The notes: generated by a model from the letters alone, not told the origin. Shown: positions 10,662 through 21,026, counted from the first letter of the stretch. The stretch is 64,000 bases of DNA from an uncultured delta proteobacterium (GCA_963769935.1 CAVYNY010000007.1:243343-307342), one strand, 5' to 3'. A program made the numbers and translations.

Positions 10662-11957
10662 CTATTTAGCGGCGTCAGCGATAGCTTTGTTGCCCAGTCG
10701 TTCCGCATCAGCGAGTGCCTCATCAACGGAAGCCTCGTGATGCCAAACTTTCTGGATGGCAGAACCGAGTGCATCAAAGATGCCATTGAGTCCGAGGTTA
10801 TTTGGATAAGATATCCCGCAAAGGTAGAGAGGCTTTAGGCTTTGATCGTATGGATCGGACCTGAAGGGCTCCTTATCCCAGTTTTCCATGTACAGGGGTG
10901 TTGCATCATACTTTTTGGCTAGTTCGTAGTCCTTCTGTGGGCTGTTTAGCCATTCAAGGGCCTTCCAGGCCAGCTCTTTATTTGTGGCCTGCCTCGGCAC
11001 AACATACATCCAGGCGCCCATAAGAGTCACATGCTTATCTCCAGCGTGGGGTACGGGCGGTAAAGCTACCCCCCACTTCAGATCTGGAGCATCTCTGGGC
11101 TGTTGAGCCTTGATGCTCACGGTCTCGCTGATTTGCATGGAGGCGATACCGCTGATAAAGGCGGCGCGGGGATCCGGAAAGTTCAGGCTCGTTGATCCGT
11201 CCACGTCCAACATGTCCAAAATGAGTTGAAGCGCGGATTTACCGGCCGCATTGTTATACATCGTTTTGCCTCCGCGCAGAGCCAACGGATCGTTGACCAA
11301 TGCAGCGCCTGCCCCATAAATGGCCCACCAGTGCTTGTGAACGATCCCATGGGGATGCCCTACATGCCGGATGGCATACCCCACCCGCGTAATGTTGCCT
11401 TGACTGTCTCTTTTGGTCAATTTCTTGGCATATTCACGAAATTCAGCCCAGGTTACAGGCGGCCTTTCGGGATCCAGTCCGGCCTCTTCAAAATGCGCCT
11501 TATTCCAAGTCAAGCCATAGATCTCAAGGCCGAACTGGGGATAGCCCCACATTAGGCCATTGCCGTAATCCGAAAGCGTCCTGACCTCTGGAGCGGTAGC
11601 CGCAAGCCAGGCCTTGGCTTTTGCCTCGGATACCGGCTCTAACATATCCTCCTTCAGAAATCCAGGAATCCAGGACCTGTCAACGAGCAGGATATCGCCT
11701 GTTTTCCCTGCCGCCGCACTCGCAAAAAGCTTCTGAATCATCGTGTCATAGTCCAATCCCACCAGCTGCACTTTACAGTTGTTTTTAGCCTCAAACTCGG
11801 CAAACAAGGTCTTGTCCTTGTATGAGGCAGTTCCCGGAGCGATGTCTCCTTCGGGATACCACAGGGAAATGGTAGTGGGGCCCGCACTGGCTATCGTTAC
11901 GAGGGCGAATAAAAAGATGATAGCCAATGTTAAGCACATAGTCTTATGATTTTTCAT
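10662..11957 (-). CDS. Carbohydrate ABC transporter periplasmic solute-binding protein (family 1)
   Basis: Signal peptide; 'WNKAHFEEAGLDPERPPVTWAEF', 'KELAWKALEWL'; RBS GGAGG. Confidence 0.9.
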   Translation of the reverse strand: MKNHKTMCLTLAIIFLFALVTIASAGPTTISLWYPEGDIAPGTASYKDKTLFAEFEAKNNCKVQLVGLDYDTMIQKLFASAAAGKTGDILLVDRSWIPGFLKEDMLEPVSEAKAKAWLAATAPEVRTLSDYGNGLMWGYPQFGLEIYGLTWNKAHFEEAGLDPERPPVTWAEFREYAKKLTKRDSQGNITRVGYAIRHVGHPHGIVHKHWWAIYGAGAALVNDPLALRGGKTMYNNAAGKSALQLILDMLDVDGSTSLNFPDPRAAFISGIASMQISETVSIKAQQPRDAPDLKWGVALPPVPHAGDKHVTLMGAWMYVVPRQATNKELAWKALEWLNSPQKDYELAKKYDATPLYMENWDKEPFRSDPYDQSLKPLYLCGISYPNNLGLNGIFDALGSAIQKVWHHEASVDEALADAERLGNKAIADAAK

Positions 11958-12216
11958 CGAAAAGTACCTCCTTTTCAGCCAAGGTTGGCAAGAAAAATTG
12001 ATTTTATTTGACGGCCCTTGTTTGAGCCATCCCCATACACACCATTATTTCCTGGTCAATGATTCATCAGGTCAAGTTTATATTGGGAGATCCTTTTAGT
12101 AAATTCTTTGAACTGTATTCATTATCAGGCAATCTTCTTAATGCGATCCCGACGGATCAAGCCTGGCACTTTGAGCGAAACGGTATTCAACGGGCTCTTG
12201 TACCAAAATTATCGCA

Positions 12217-12313
12217 ATGTATACATAACTAGTGTGATATCATGTTCTGATAATCATTTTTATTAATCCCCTAAAAAATTATTGTCAATACAAAATTTAT
12301 ATAATTTTGTATT
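12217..12313. promoter_or_regulatory. Putative GntR operators in the divergent ABC promoter region
   Basis: Palindrome ATGTATACAT (12217-12226) and inverted pair AATACAAAAT/ATTTTGTATT (12287-12313); same ATACAAAAT motif occurs upstream of the GntR gene. Confidence 0.55.
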
Positions 12314-12504
12314 CATTTTATGCTTGCTTTTTAATACAATAGCTTTTATTCTTTTTTGCATTGGCATAATAGGTTATTGTTGCACCTTTAAGAATTATAG
12401 GTATTCTTAAATATAGATTATAGACTGGCCGACTATTGGTATGAGAGGAACAACTATTACTGGTCACTCAGCCTGGATAGCATGACTTATCGGAGGCACC
12501 ATAA

Positions 12505-13611
12505 ATGGCAAAAGTTGTGTTGAAAAGTCTTACTAAAAAATACGGCAATGTTGTGGCAGTAAACAATGTCAATCTTGAGATTTCAGACCGGGAGTTTGTT
12601 GTGCTGGTTGGACCTTCCGGCTGTGGCAAAACAACAACCCTGCGGATGATGGCCGGGTTGGAGGAAATCACGGAAGGGGATATCTATATCGGGGATCAAC
12701 GGGTCAATGATTTGGTATCAAAAAACCGCAACATCGCCATGGTGTTTCAAAGCTATGCTCTCTATCCTCATATGAATGTTTTCGATAATATGGCCTTTGG
12801 GCTAAAAATGCGCAAGGTGCCAAGGAAAGAGCGGATAAAGTTGGTCCGGGATGCGGCAGACATTTTAGGGGTTCAGGACTTGTTGGACCGCAAACCCAAA
12901 CAGCTCTCGGGCGGCCAAAGGCAGCGTGTTGCTTTAGGACGAGCGATTGTTCGTAATCCGGAAGTGTTTCTGTTTGACGAACCTCTGAGCAACTTGGATG
13001 CAAAACTTCGGGTGCAGATGCGAACTGAGTTGGTCAAGTTGCACAAGCGACTGAAATCAACTTCAGTCTATGTTACCCATGATCAAGTAGAGGCCATGAC
13101 CATGGGAGATCGTATCGTGGTGATGAAGGACGGCCTGGTCCAACAGGTAGGTGCTCCCTTAGAGCTTTACAACAAACCTGCTAATCTATTTGTTGCCGGT
13201 TTTATTGGCAGCCCGGTTATTAACCTTCTGCCGTGCCGGATGGTAAGGGAAAATTCCCTGGTGTACCTAGAAACCAGCGGTTTTAAACTACAGCTTCCGG
13301 AAGATTTGGCTATGACTTCGCTAGCCGCAAAGGCAACAGAATTTATTTTGGGGGTGCGCCCGGAAGACATTGCCCAAGATTGGAAGGGAGAGCCATCTGC
13401 CCGAAAAAGCGGCCACATCCAAACCAAAGTGGATGTCATCGAAACGCTAGGCAAGGAAACGTATATAGATATTATAACGGGGGATGATAAAATGACCGCG
13501 ATCATAAGCCCCAACATAAAAGTTGCCATTGGTGATGACATCAATTTAGAAATAAACATGGACAAGATTCATCTGTTTAGTAAAAAACAAGGTGGAGAGG
13601 CAATTTTTTAA
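12505..13611 (+). CDS. Sugar ABC transporter ATP-binding protein (MalK/UgpC family)
   Basis: Walker A GPSGCGKT, LSGGQRQR, DEPLSNLD, C-terminal TOBE-like region. Confidence 0.95.
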   Translation: MAKVVLKSLTKKYGNVVAVNNVNLEISDREFVVLVGPSGCGKTTTLRMMAGLEEITEGDIYIGDQRVNDLVSKNRNIAMVFQSYALYPHMNVFDNMAFGLKMRKVPRKERIKLVRDAADILGVQDLLDRKPKQLSGGQRQRVALGRAIVRNPEVFLFDEPLSNLDAKLRVQMRTELVKLHKRLKSTSVYVTHDQVEAMTMGDRIVVMKDGLVQQVGAPLELYNKPANLFVAGFIGSPVINLLPCRMVRENSLVYLETSGFKLQLPEDLAMTSLAAKATEFILGVRPEDIAQDWKGEPSARKSGHIQTKVDVIETLGKETYIDIITGDDKMTAIISPNIKVAIGDDINLEINMDKIHLFSKKQGGEAIF

Positions 13612-13813
13612 TGGAGATGCCTCGTAAAAGACTTGGTTGGTATAATCTACGGCGTTTGCTTGCTGTGAATGCCGTTATAGACCTAATATAAATTATGCCA
13701 CAGCAGGTGTTTGTTTGCGCTGCTATGAGCTTGTTTTCGAAATGGTAAATCAACCGATTGCCTAAATGCCGTGTTATGTCAGGCATCCGGCAAATATTAG
13801 GAGGGCTTACATT

Positions 13814-14650
13814 ATGATTAAGCTTGCAGTTGCGGTTGCCACCGAAGATGCAATTCCTGATGCGTTTGTAGTGTGGCGGGGCATTGAGGCCTCTATGCGC
13901 AAGGCTGTTGAATTCGGGTATGACGGAATTGAACTTGCGCTTAAACATGCAGGACAGGTGAAGGCGGACAGGCTTGAAGCGTTTTGTTCTGAATACGGAG
14001 TTTCGATTCCATGCATTTCTACCGGACAGGTTTTCGCCGGACTCGGTTTGTATTTTACGCACCCCGATAAAAATAAAAGGAAAGAAGTAAAAACTGTCTT
14101 CAAAGATCTAATTGATCTTGCATCTCGGTTCGGTGCCATGGTCAATATCGGTAGGGCAAGAGGTTTTGTAGAAAAAAACGAAACCATGGAGAGTGCACAG
14201 CTGCGATTTCTTGAAATTGTACGGGAGCTGGCTGAATACGCTAGTGGGAAAGCAGTAAATCTTATTTTAGAACCTGTTAACCGGTATGAGATAAATTTTA
14301 TCAACTCCGTCGAGCAAGGGGCCGCTCTTATGAAAACAATAGGGGCCCCTAACATGGGGCTTATGCCTGATCTATTTCACATGAATATTGAGGACCGGAC
14401 GCTCGGCGGCGAACTTGAGCGATTTTCAGAATACGTAAAATATATCCACTTTGCGGATTCAAACCGCTTGGCTCCGGGGCAAGGGCATATTGATTTCGAC
14501 AGTGTGTTTGAATCGCTTGAAAAAATGAATTATGACGGCTGGGTTTCAGTAGAGATTTTACCGAGACCCGATCCGGATGCAGCAGCTCGCCAAGCAATCG
14601 AATATCTGAAACCTCGGATTGATAAATATAATATACCCGGAAAGTATTGA
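13814..14650 (+). CDS. Sugar phosphate isomerase/epimerase (IolO / D-psicose-3-epimerase-like TIM barrel)
   Basis: 'LEPVNRYE', 'PDLFHMNIED', 'HFADSNRLAPGQGH', 'VSVE'; RBS AGGAGG before ATG 13814. Confidence 0.88.
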   Translation: MIKLAVAVATEDAIPDAFVVWRGIEASMRKAVEFGYDGIELALKHAGQVKADRLEAFCSEYGVSIPCISTGQVFAGLGLYFTHPDKNKRKEVKTVFKDLIDLASRFGAMVNIGRARGFVEKNETMESAQLRFLEIVRELAEYASGKAVNLILEPVNRYEINFINSVEQGAALMKTIGAPNMGLMPDLFHMNIEDRTLGGELERFSEYVKYIHFADSNRLAPGQGHIDFDSVFESLEKMNYDGWVSVEILPRPDPDAAARQAIEYLKPRIDKYNIPGKY

Positions 14651-14867
14651 ATGCCGCTGCAATCCAGATATAAAACAACATATAAGGCCAGTCTTGTGAT
14701 TTGCAAATGCCTTGAATAATTAACCCGGTTACTGAAAGCCCAAATTGAAAACAAATTGACCGGTTTTGAGCGCTTTGTGGAAACCACATGCTGTGATGGG
14801 TGTTGCAACACATGAAAAAAGGCCCTCAGAACATCGTTCATAAATTGCACAAATTAAGGAGGTCATA

Positions 14868-15770
14868 ATGAAAAACAGTATCGGTTTTGTCGGCGCCGGC
14901 CTGATGGGAAGAGGAATAATTAAAAACTTACTGAAAAATGGTTATTCCGTACAAATTTTTATCCATAAAAGCACTGAAGCAGCTGAGATTTTGGGAAAAA
15001 AGGGAGCCACAACTACCCGCTCCCTTGAAGAACTGGCAAACCAAAATGAAGTATTTATGCTGGCCGTTCCAGCATCTCCTGAGGTGGAACAGGTGATTTT
15101 GGGCAATCAGGGTCTTATTAACTTCCTATCCAAAGGAAAGATAATAATTGACTTGAGTACGAGCTATCCTGAATCCACAAAAATGATTGTGGAAAAATTG
15201 CAAAAAAAAGGAATTAGAATGTTGGACGCTCCGATGACCGGCAGCACACCACAGGCGGAGGCGGGCGAACTGAACCTGATGGTAGGCGGCGAAAAATCGG
15301 ACTACGACGAGATGTACCCTATATTTGAGGCAATAGCAAAAAACATCTTTTTTGTGGGAGAACATGGGGCTGGGCATACTGTGAAATTAATGAACAATTT
15401 TCTCGGACAGCTGAATGTATCCGGTTTATCAGAAATGCTGGTTTTCGGGCAAAAATATGGAATTGATTTGCAGGCATTTTTCGACGTCGTCAGCGTCAGC
15501 GGAGGAAATAGTGCCGCCTTTCAGGGCACGGTGCCAAAGGTTTTGAGCAGAGATTTCGGAGTCTCGTTTCATCTGAAACTCGTGCATAAGGACTTGCGAT
15601 ATATTACGGAACTCGGTCGTGCAACAGGAGCACCCATGCCGATTGCCAATAATATCTTTAATATGTACGATATGGCAAAGGCAGCAGGTTATGGTGATGA
15701 AAACTTTTCCGCGATAGTCAAATTATATGAAAAAATTACCGGTGTAGAGGTTAAGAGAGAGAAAAAATAG
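14868..15770 (+). CDS. NAD(P)-dependent beta-hydroxyacid dehydrogenase (3-hydroxyisobutyrate DH / tartronate semialdehyde reductase family)
   Basis: 'IGFVGAGLMG', 'LDAPMTGS', 'GAGHTVKLMNN', 'LVHKDL'. Confidence 0.9.
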   Translation: MKNSIGFVGAGLMGRGIIKNLLKNGYSVQIFIHKSTEAAEILGKKGATTTRSLEELANQNEVFMLAVPASPEVEQVILGNQGLINFLSKGKIIIDLSTSYPESTKMIVEKLQKKGIRMLDAPMTGSTPQAEAGELNLMVGGEKSDYDEMYPIFEAIAKNIFFVGEHGAGHTVKLMNNFLGQLNVSGLSEMLVFGQKYGIDLQAFFDVVSVSGGNSAAFQGTVPKVLSRDFGVSFHLKLVHKDLRYITELGRATGAPMPIANNIFNMYDMAKAAGYGDENFSAIVKLYEKITGVEVKREKK

Positions 15771-15790
15771 AGACTTTAATTGATAGCAAT

Positions 15791-16190
15791 CCTTTAATAT
15801 CTAAGGAAAAGAGAAAAACTTGCGGAGGCCGATGGAGTTGGGAGATATAAAGATTACCTGCCAAATAATCAACCCAGTCCAAGCGGCCACCGCAAGTGAA
15901 ATCCAGTAAATCACAAAAGCGAGAAGGCTTCTATAAAATGCCCATGATTCGATTCGAGGATCAACGAACTTAGGCAGGGCAGTTCAATCCGCCAACGTCC
16001 CTGTCGAAGTCACCGCCGTTGGCTTCAACAAAAGCAAAAAGGGGTGCTCGCAGCTGCTCCCCCTTATTTTACACCGCCAAGCAAACGGGTTAATTTTTAG
16101 CTATCTATCGTCGCCCCGGTAAAATGCCTGACTCAAATGAGGCCGAACGGTTTAAGCCGAACTGTTTTACGCAATATTGGATAAGAATCT
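15791..16190 (+). mobile_element. Degenerate, internally deleted IS1380-family element
   Basis: Possible left end CCTTTAATATC at 15791; hairpin ACTTGCGGAGGCCG/CGGCCACCGCAAGT; GTG 15896 gives MKSSKSQKREGFYKMPMIRFEDQR, then TAVGFNKSKK/GARSCSPLFYTAKQTG*FL..RPG..DSN, matching IS1380 transposase motifs as recalled. Confidence 0.72.
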
Positions 16191-17543
16191 TTAAAGACCA
16201 TATGCAGAGCGGTCGCGGCGCATTTCACAGAGCAATTCATCCACGACTAATAAGGTCTTCTCCACATCCTCGGCTGTATGGGCTGCTGAAGTATATTGCC
16301 GTCCCCTTGAGGGATGAAACCTGATGCCTCTTTCCAGGCCGCCTTTTCTGAATTTTTGATACGCAACTTTGTTGACCATGAAATTGTCTCTGTAGTCATT
16401 CATTTTCTGCTGTATCCCGAATGCAAGTTGCCAAATTGACCCAACTGCATCACAAAATAAGCAAATATCATTACTTTTAGCGATGGCTGCTATTCCGTCT
16501 ACCACGGATCTTGTCAAGTTCGCCATATGCTCATAAATCGAAGGATTTTCCAACTCTCCGATCGTTGCTTTGCATGCTGCAATACAAATTGGATTTCCAT
16601 TAAACGTTCCCACAGGATGCACACCCGAGTCCATTATTTCCTTTTTTCCGGCAACTCCGGCTAACGGATAACCCCCTGCTACCGCTTTTCCGAATGAACA
16701 TGTATCCGGGGTCACGCCATAATACTCTTGCGCCCCGCCGATGGAAAGGCGGAATCCGGTGATTACCTCATCGAATATCAAAACGATGTCGTTTTTTGCC
16801 GTCAGATCTCTTAGGCCTTGCAAGTAACCGGGTTTGGGAAAAATAGGCTCACAGTTGCCCATGATAGGCTCTGTGATTATGGCGGCGATCTCATGCCCTT
16901 GCCTTTCTATTACCTTTTCGACCAATTCTAAATCGTTCCACGGAAGCACTATTATATCATCTGCCGCCTTTTCGCGTTGACCAGCGCTGCCAATCGTTTT
17001 CCAGGGTTTATTTCTCGGCCCTAAATGTTGCAGAGAATCGGGTCTAACGCTTATCAGTTCCTCGTCGGACCAGCCATGGTAATGCCCCTCGAATTTTACT
17101 ATTTTATCTTTGCCAGTAAATGCTCTTGCTAAGCGGAAGTTCAGCATATTTGCCTCTGTGCCACTAGCTGTGTAGCTAACTAATTCGGCACAAGGAATTA
17201 TGTCAACCAATTTTTCGGACACTTCATTGAGTATTTTGTCCGGGGCAGCGAATATCGATCCTCTGCCTATCTGATCGATTACTTCCTGATTCAAAACAGG
17301 GGGACAGTAGCCAAGTATCATCGGCCCATAGCCACCCATATAATCAATATACTCGTTGCCATCGACATCATAAATCTTTGACCCTTTTCCACGCTCAATA
17401 TAGATAGGGTAATTTTCGGTTGGTGATTTGTGCAGGCTACTTGCTACTCCGTTGACAAGGCAACTCTTGGCCTTCTCGAAATATTCCCTCGATTTGGCGG
17501 TTTTTTCCCCCCAAAAATCATTCTGTTTCAAATTCGACTGCAT
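16191..17543 (-). CDS. Class III PLP aminotransferase (glutamate-1-semialdehyde aminomutase-like paralogue)
   Basis: 'DVDGNEYIDY', 'KFEGHYHGWSD', 'FDEVITGFR', 'SFGKAVAGG', 'GTFNGNP'; sugar-cluster context and deviation from HemL motifs argue against true hemL. Confidence 0.88.
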   Translation of the reverse strand: MQSNLKQNDFWGEKTAKSREYFEKAKSCLVNGVASSLHKSPTENYPIYIERGKGSKIYDVDGNEYIDYMGGYGPMILGYCPPVLNQEVIDQIGRGSIFAAPDKILNEVSEKLVDIIPCAELVSYTASGTEANMLNFRLARAFTGKDKIVKFEGHYHGWSDEELISVRPDSLQHLGPRNKPWKTIGSAGQREKAADDIIVLPWNDLELVEKVIERQGHEIAAIITEPIMGNCEPIFPKPGYLQGLRDLTAKNDIVLIFDEVITGFRLSIGGAQEYYGVTPDTCSFGKAVAGGYPLAGVAGKKEIMDSGVHPVGTFNGNPICIAACKATIGELENPSIYEHMANLTRSVVDGIAAIAKSNDICLFCDAVGSIWQLAFGIQQKMNDYRDNFMVNKVAYQKFRKGGLERGIRFHPSRGRQYTSAAHTAEDVEKTLLVVDELLCEMRRDRSAYGL

Positions 17544-17672
17544 CTTGAAAACCCCTTTTCCGGTCAAAATTATTAATAAATAGTATCTGAAATCACTGAA
17601 CCCGATTTCGAGGATTGCGAAAACATTTCAGGCTTTAATATTCGCAAACAAAGGAGTAGTTAACAGCGCTAC

Positions 17673-18254
17673 TTACTTCAACCCTTCTGACAAATAGGCG
17701 ATACAGGCAAGTTCTTCAATAAGATCGGCCATGTTGTAAGCCGTTACGATGTCTTGTCCCAAGGCTACAATTCCATGTTGCTCCATTAAAAGGGCTTTGC
17801 AGCCAGGGTTTTCTTTAATGACGCGTGCAACATTTTTCTGCAGATCATCTGACCCTGACGGGGCAAAAGGTACACGCGGCATTGGAGGTTGTTTAAAAGC
17901 TGCATCAGTCACCATAGGTATGTCCCGCTGTTTTACTGCAAAGGCTGTAGCATAGGGCGAATGGACATGCAAAACGGCACTGATATCAGGGCGCAAACGT
18001 AAGATATCGGCATGGAAGCGATACTCTTTGGAAGGTTGATAACTTCCACCCTTCGTCCATTCATAGGAAGTAATGCGAACATGGACCAGGTTATTTAGCT
18101 CACTATCGCCGAGAGAAATGCCTGAGGCAGTGATAACCATATCCTTCTCGCTCAGCCTTGCGCTAAAATTTCCGCCTGTGCCTCCAACAAGGCACCTATG
18201 ATAAGCCTTTTGGGCGTATGCCACAAGTCGCTTTCGTATCTCTTCTTCTGTCAT
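17673..18254 (-). CDS. Class II aldolase/adducin family protein (FucA/AraD-like)
   Basis: 'GTGGNFSAR', 'ITASG', 'PSKEYRFH', 'LHVHSPYATA', 'QHG'; ATG overlaps the kinase stop. Confidence 0.9.
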   Translation of the reverse strand: MTEEEIRKRLVAYAQKAYHRCLVGGTGGNFSARLSEKDMVITASGISLGDSELNNLVHVRITSYEWTKGGSYQPSKEYRFHADILRLRPDISAVLHVHSPYATAFAVKQRDIPMVTDAAFKQPPMPRVPFAPSGSDDLQKNVARVIKENPGCKALLMEQHGIVALGQDIVTAYNMADLIEELACIAYLSEGLK

Positions 18255-19813
18255 TCTTTCTTTGCTCCTGTTATCCAAACCTCAGGTAAATCTAATTTCG
18301 CCAACCGTTCAAAATACGGTTTAACATCTATATAGAGTTCTTTATAAATTGGGAACAGACGATCGTATACGGCCTGACCGATGGGCTCAGGATGGAACTC
18401 ACGACCTGTCACGACAACTTGATTCACTGCAGTTAAATAATCGGGGTAGGCTCCGACGCTGACGCCGGCCAGTATAGCAACGCCCAGCACTTCGGTATGC
18501 GCCTGCGTCAAACTCACTATTTTTTTCCCCAATGCGTTAGCAATGATTTGATTCCATACGTTGCTTTCAGCGGCTGCGCCTCCAATACGAATTGTCTTAA
18601 TATCCAATCCTCGGTCCAATTCAAGAATTTCGACCACATGTTTGATAGCAAATGCGGCACCCTCCAAAACAGAGCGTATAAAATCGTTGCGATTATGACC
18701 CAGTGTCACTCCGAAAAAGACCCCACGGGCAAATGGGTCCCAGATCGGTGTCCGTTCGCCTGAAATATACGGTAAGAATACTAAGCCTTTGCTTCCAGGA
18801 GGCGCTTGTTCCGCTTGGGCGGTCAGAAAATCATAAGCATCCTGCTTAGTTAAATTCGCCATTGTTTGTTCCGTCTGACCGAAATTATCCCTCAGCCAGC
18901 GTAAAGAAGACCCCACACCATTGATAGCCCCGATAGATAACCAACGATCGTTTACGACATGGGTGCAGTTCATAAACCGATCGTCAAATTGAGGTTCGCC
19001 CAAGGTGGAGGCCACCCTTGCGGCTGTTCCCATAATGATGAAGCAGTCACCCGGGCTCATAACACCAGATCCGATAGAGGCCCCGACTGTGTCCATGCAG
19101 CCGGCGATTACAGGAGTACCGGGAGCCAATCCAGTCAGACGTGCTGCCTGAGTCGTGATTTCGCCTGCTACTGCTTCGGATGGAAGTACTCTTGGCATCT
19201 TCTCCAGTGGAATCCCCAGTGCTTCTCGGAAAGAGCTATGCCATTCCATCTTCCGAATATCGAATAAAAGGGTAGTAGAAGCCCTTGAGTAGTCCATCGT
19301 GAACTGGCCTGTTAGCCGGGCCACAATATACCCGCCGGGCACCATAAGTTTATGGGCGGCATCGAATGTATCAGGGTCCTCGTTTTTCAACCATAGAATT
19401 GATGGTAGAGAATAGGCACCAGGTGCTACAGGGTTGCCTGCAATGGCGAAAACGTTGTCTGCCCCTAAAATTCGGCGAACTTCTTCCACCTCCGGGAGGG
19501 TTCTCTGGTCCCATAGCATGATGGCAGAGCGAAGTGGCTGTCCCTTGGAATCAACGGCGATCAACCCGTTAGTACAACCCACTCCTATGGATAAAATTTC
19601 TTTCGAATTGATACCCTTTATCGCTTTACTGATAGCCTGCACTGCAGCCCGCCACCACACCTCGGCATCATGTTCCGCTTGGCCGGGCACCTTGCTGATC
19701 ATTTGGTATTCACCATATCCTGTTCCGATGAGGGAGCCATCCAAGGCGAAGAGCCCAACCTTGGCGCCGGTCCCCCCAATGTCAAGACCCAATAGGTAAG
19801 GACCTTCTTTCAT
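18251..19813 (-). CDS. FGGY-family sugar kinase (xylulokinase-like)
   Basis: 'LGLDIGGTGAK', 'LWDQRT', 'FLPYISGERTPIWDP', 'GGAAES'. Confidence 0.92.
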   Translation of the reverse strand: MKEGPYLLGLDIGGTGAKVGLFALDGSLIGTGYGEYQMISKVPGQAEHDAEVWWRAAVQAISKAIKGINSKEILSIGVGCTNGLIAVDSKGQPLRSAIMLWDQRTLPEVEEVRRILGADNVFAIAGNPVAPGAYSLPSILWLKNEDPDTFDAAHKLMVPGGYIVARLTGQFTMDYSRASTTLLFDIRKMEWHSSFREALGIPLEKMPRVLPSEAVAGEITTQAARLTGLAPGTPVIAGCMDTVGASIGSGVMSPGDCFIIMGTAARVASTLGEPQFDDRFMNCTHVVNDRWLSIGAINGVGSSLRWLRDNFGQTEQTMANLTKQDAYDFLTAQAEQAPPGSKGLVFLPYISGERTPIWDPFARGVFFGVTLGHNRNDFIRSVLEGAAFAIKHVVEILELDRGLDIKTIRIGGAAAESNVWNQIIANALGKKIVSLTQAHTEVLGVAILAGVSVGAYPDYLTAVNQVVVTGREFHPEPIGQAVYDRLFPIYKELYIDVKPYFERLAKLDLPEVWITGAKKE

Positions 19814-20167
19814 ATGGCCGTCGCCTCATTGTCGCGAAATAAATTCGCCATCCGAACAAAGTTTCGTCTATTCATTTTCGCCCCGAGCGGAGCATTTCAT
19901 CCAAGTATTGGTCAAGTTAAATCCAAGGAGGTTCTCAAACTTTGCTGATATTTTCGCTTTTTCTTCATTGTCAGATCGCAAAATTGCGGCTTTCTTAGTC
20001 CGCTTTTCTATGAAGTGTGCCCTGCTTTGCTGCCTTTTTTCTCAGTTTGGCCATGAATGAAATAATTCATGGCACTGCACTAACCCAAAACCTCAAATCT
20101 GTTTGCAAAAAAGAGGAATATATGAGTGCAATATACGCTCTAAATGAATCCAATAAACAACCAAATA

Positions 20168-20253
20168 GTATACAAAATATGCTTTGTCAATAGATATATT
20201 GGGATATTATTGGACAAAAAAATGGTTGATTTTGTATACCTTTTAGGTATAAT
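20168..20253. promoter_or_regulatory. Divergent promoter region with putative GntR operator half-sites
   Basis: GTATACAAAAT (20168-20178) and its reverse complement ATTTTGTATAC (20229-20239); TTGATT...TATAAT sigma70-like pair pointing to gntR. Confidence 0.6.
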
Positions 20254-20318
20254 CCTACTCGATTAGAAAATAAACTGATTGAAAGCTATCCCCTTCAATT
20301 AATGGATCGGAGAAACTG

Positions 20319-21026
20319 ATGAGTCGACCTAAAAAGGACATAGTAGTGCAATCCACTACCGGCGGCACCTTGCAAGATAAGGCATATGATTATGTAAAAG
20401 AAAAAATAATGAAACGGGGTTTGGCGCCCGGTCAGAATGTGACGGATGCCCAAATTGCCAATGAACTGAACATGAGCCGAACCCCTGTTCGAGGAGCATT
20501 GCTTCGCCTGGATCAAGAAGGGTTCCTTGTCAGTAACGCTGGCAAAGGTTGGAAAATATATTCCCTTTCTTTGGAAGATATTAAAGATATTTTTGATATT
20601 AAATTGCAATTGGAGGGAATGATTTGCAGAAAAGCTGCTGCCAGCGATGATAAGAAAATGCGGGGCCTTTTAAAAGCAACGCTTAAAAATATGAAAAAAG
20701 CTTTTGAATCCTATGATCTCACAGCATGGCAGACTGCGGATATGGAACTGCATAACACAATCTTTGCCATGAGCGCCAACCAACGAGCCGCCCGCATAAT
20801 CAAAGATCTGAATGATCAATGGTACCGTGTACAGATTGGACTTGTTGCACTGGAGGGTCGAATGCAGCGCTCGATTACTGAGCATGAGGCTATCGTCGAA
20901 AGCATTCTGGCCAACGATGAGGAAAATGCAGATATCAATATGCGGCGTCACCTGACGAACCTGAGGGAAGAGCTTGTCAGGGTATTGGTTAACCTTGTAT
21001 TTCCTTTCGCGCAAAACGGTATTTAA
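20319..21026 (+). CDS. GntR-family (FCD/FadR) transcriptional regulator
   Basis: wHTH 'IANELNMSRTPVRGAL..L.QEG'; FCD 'DMELH', 'EHEAIVESI', 'MRRHL'. Confidence 0.93.
   Translation: MSRPKKDIVVQSTTGGTLQDKAYDYVKEKIMKRGLAPGQNVTDAQIANELNMSRTPVRGALLRLDQEGFLVSNAGKGWKIYSLSLEDIKDIFDIKLQLEGMICRKAAASDDKKMRGLLKATLKNMKKAFESYDLTAWQTADMELHNTIFAMSANQRAARIIKDLNDQWYRVQIGLVALEGRMQRSITEHEAIVESILANDEENADINMRRHLTNLREELVRVLVNLVFPFAQNGI

Noticed and set aside
16191..17543. Calling the class III aminotransferase hemL
   Set aside because: Motifs deviate from HemL (GHYHGWSD, HPVGTFNGNP) and it follows a sugar kinase and aldolase in the same orientation
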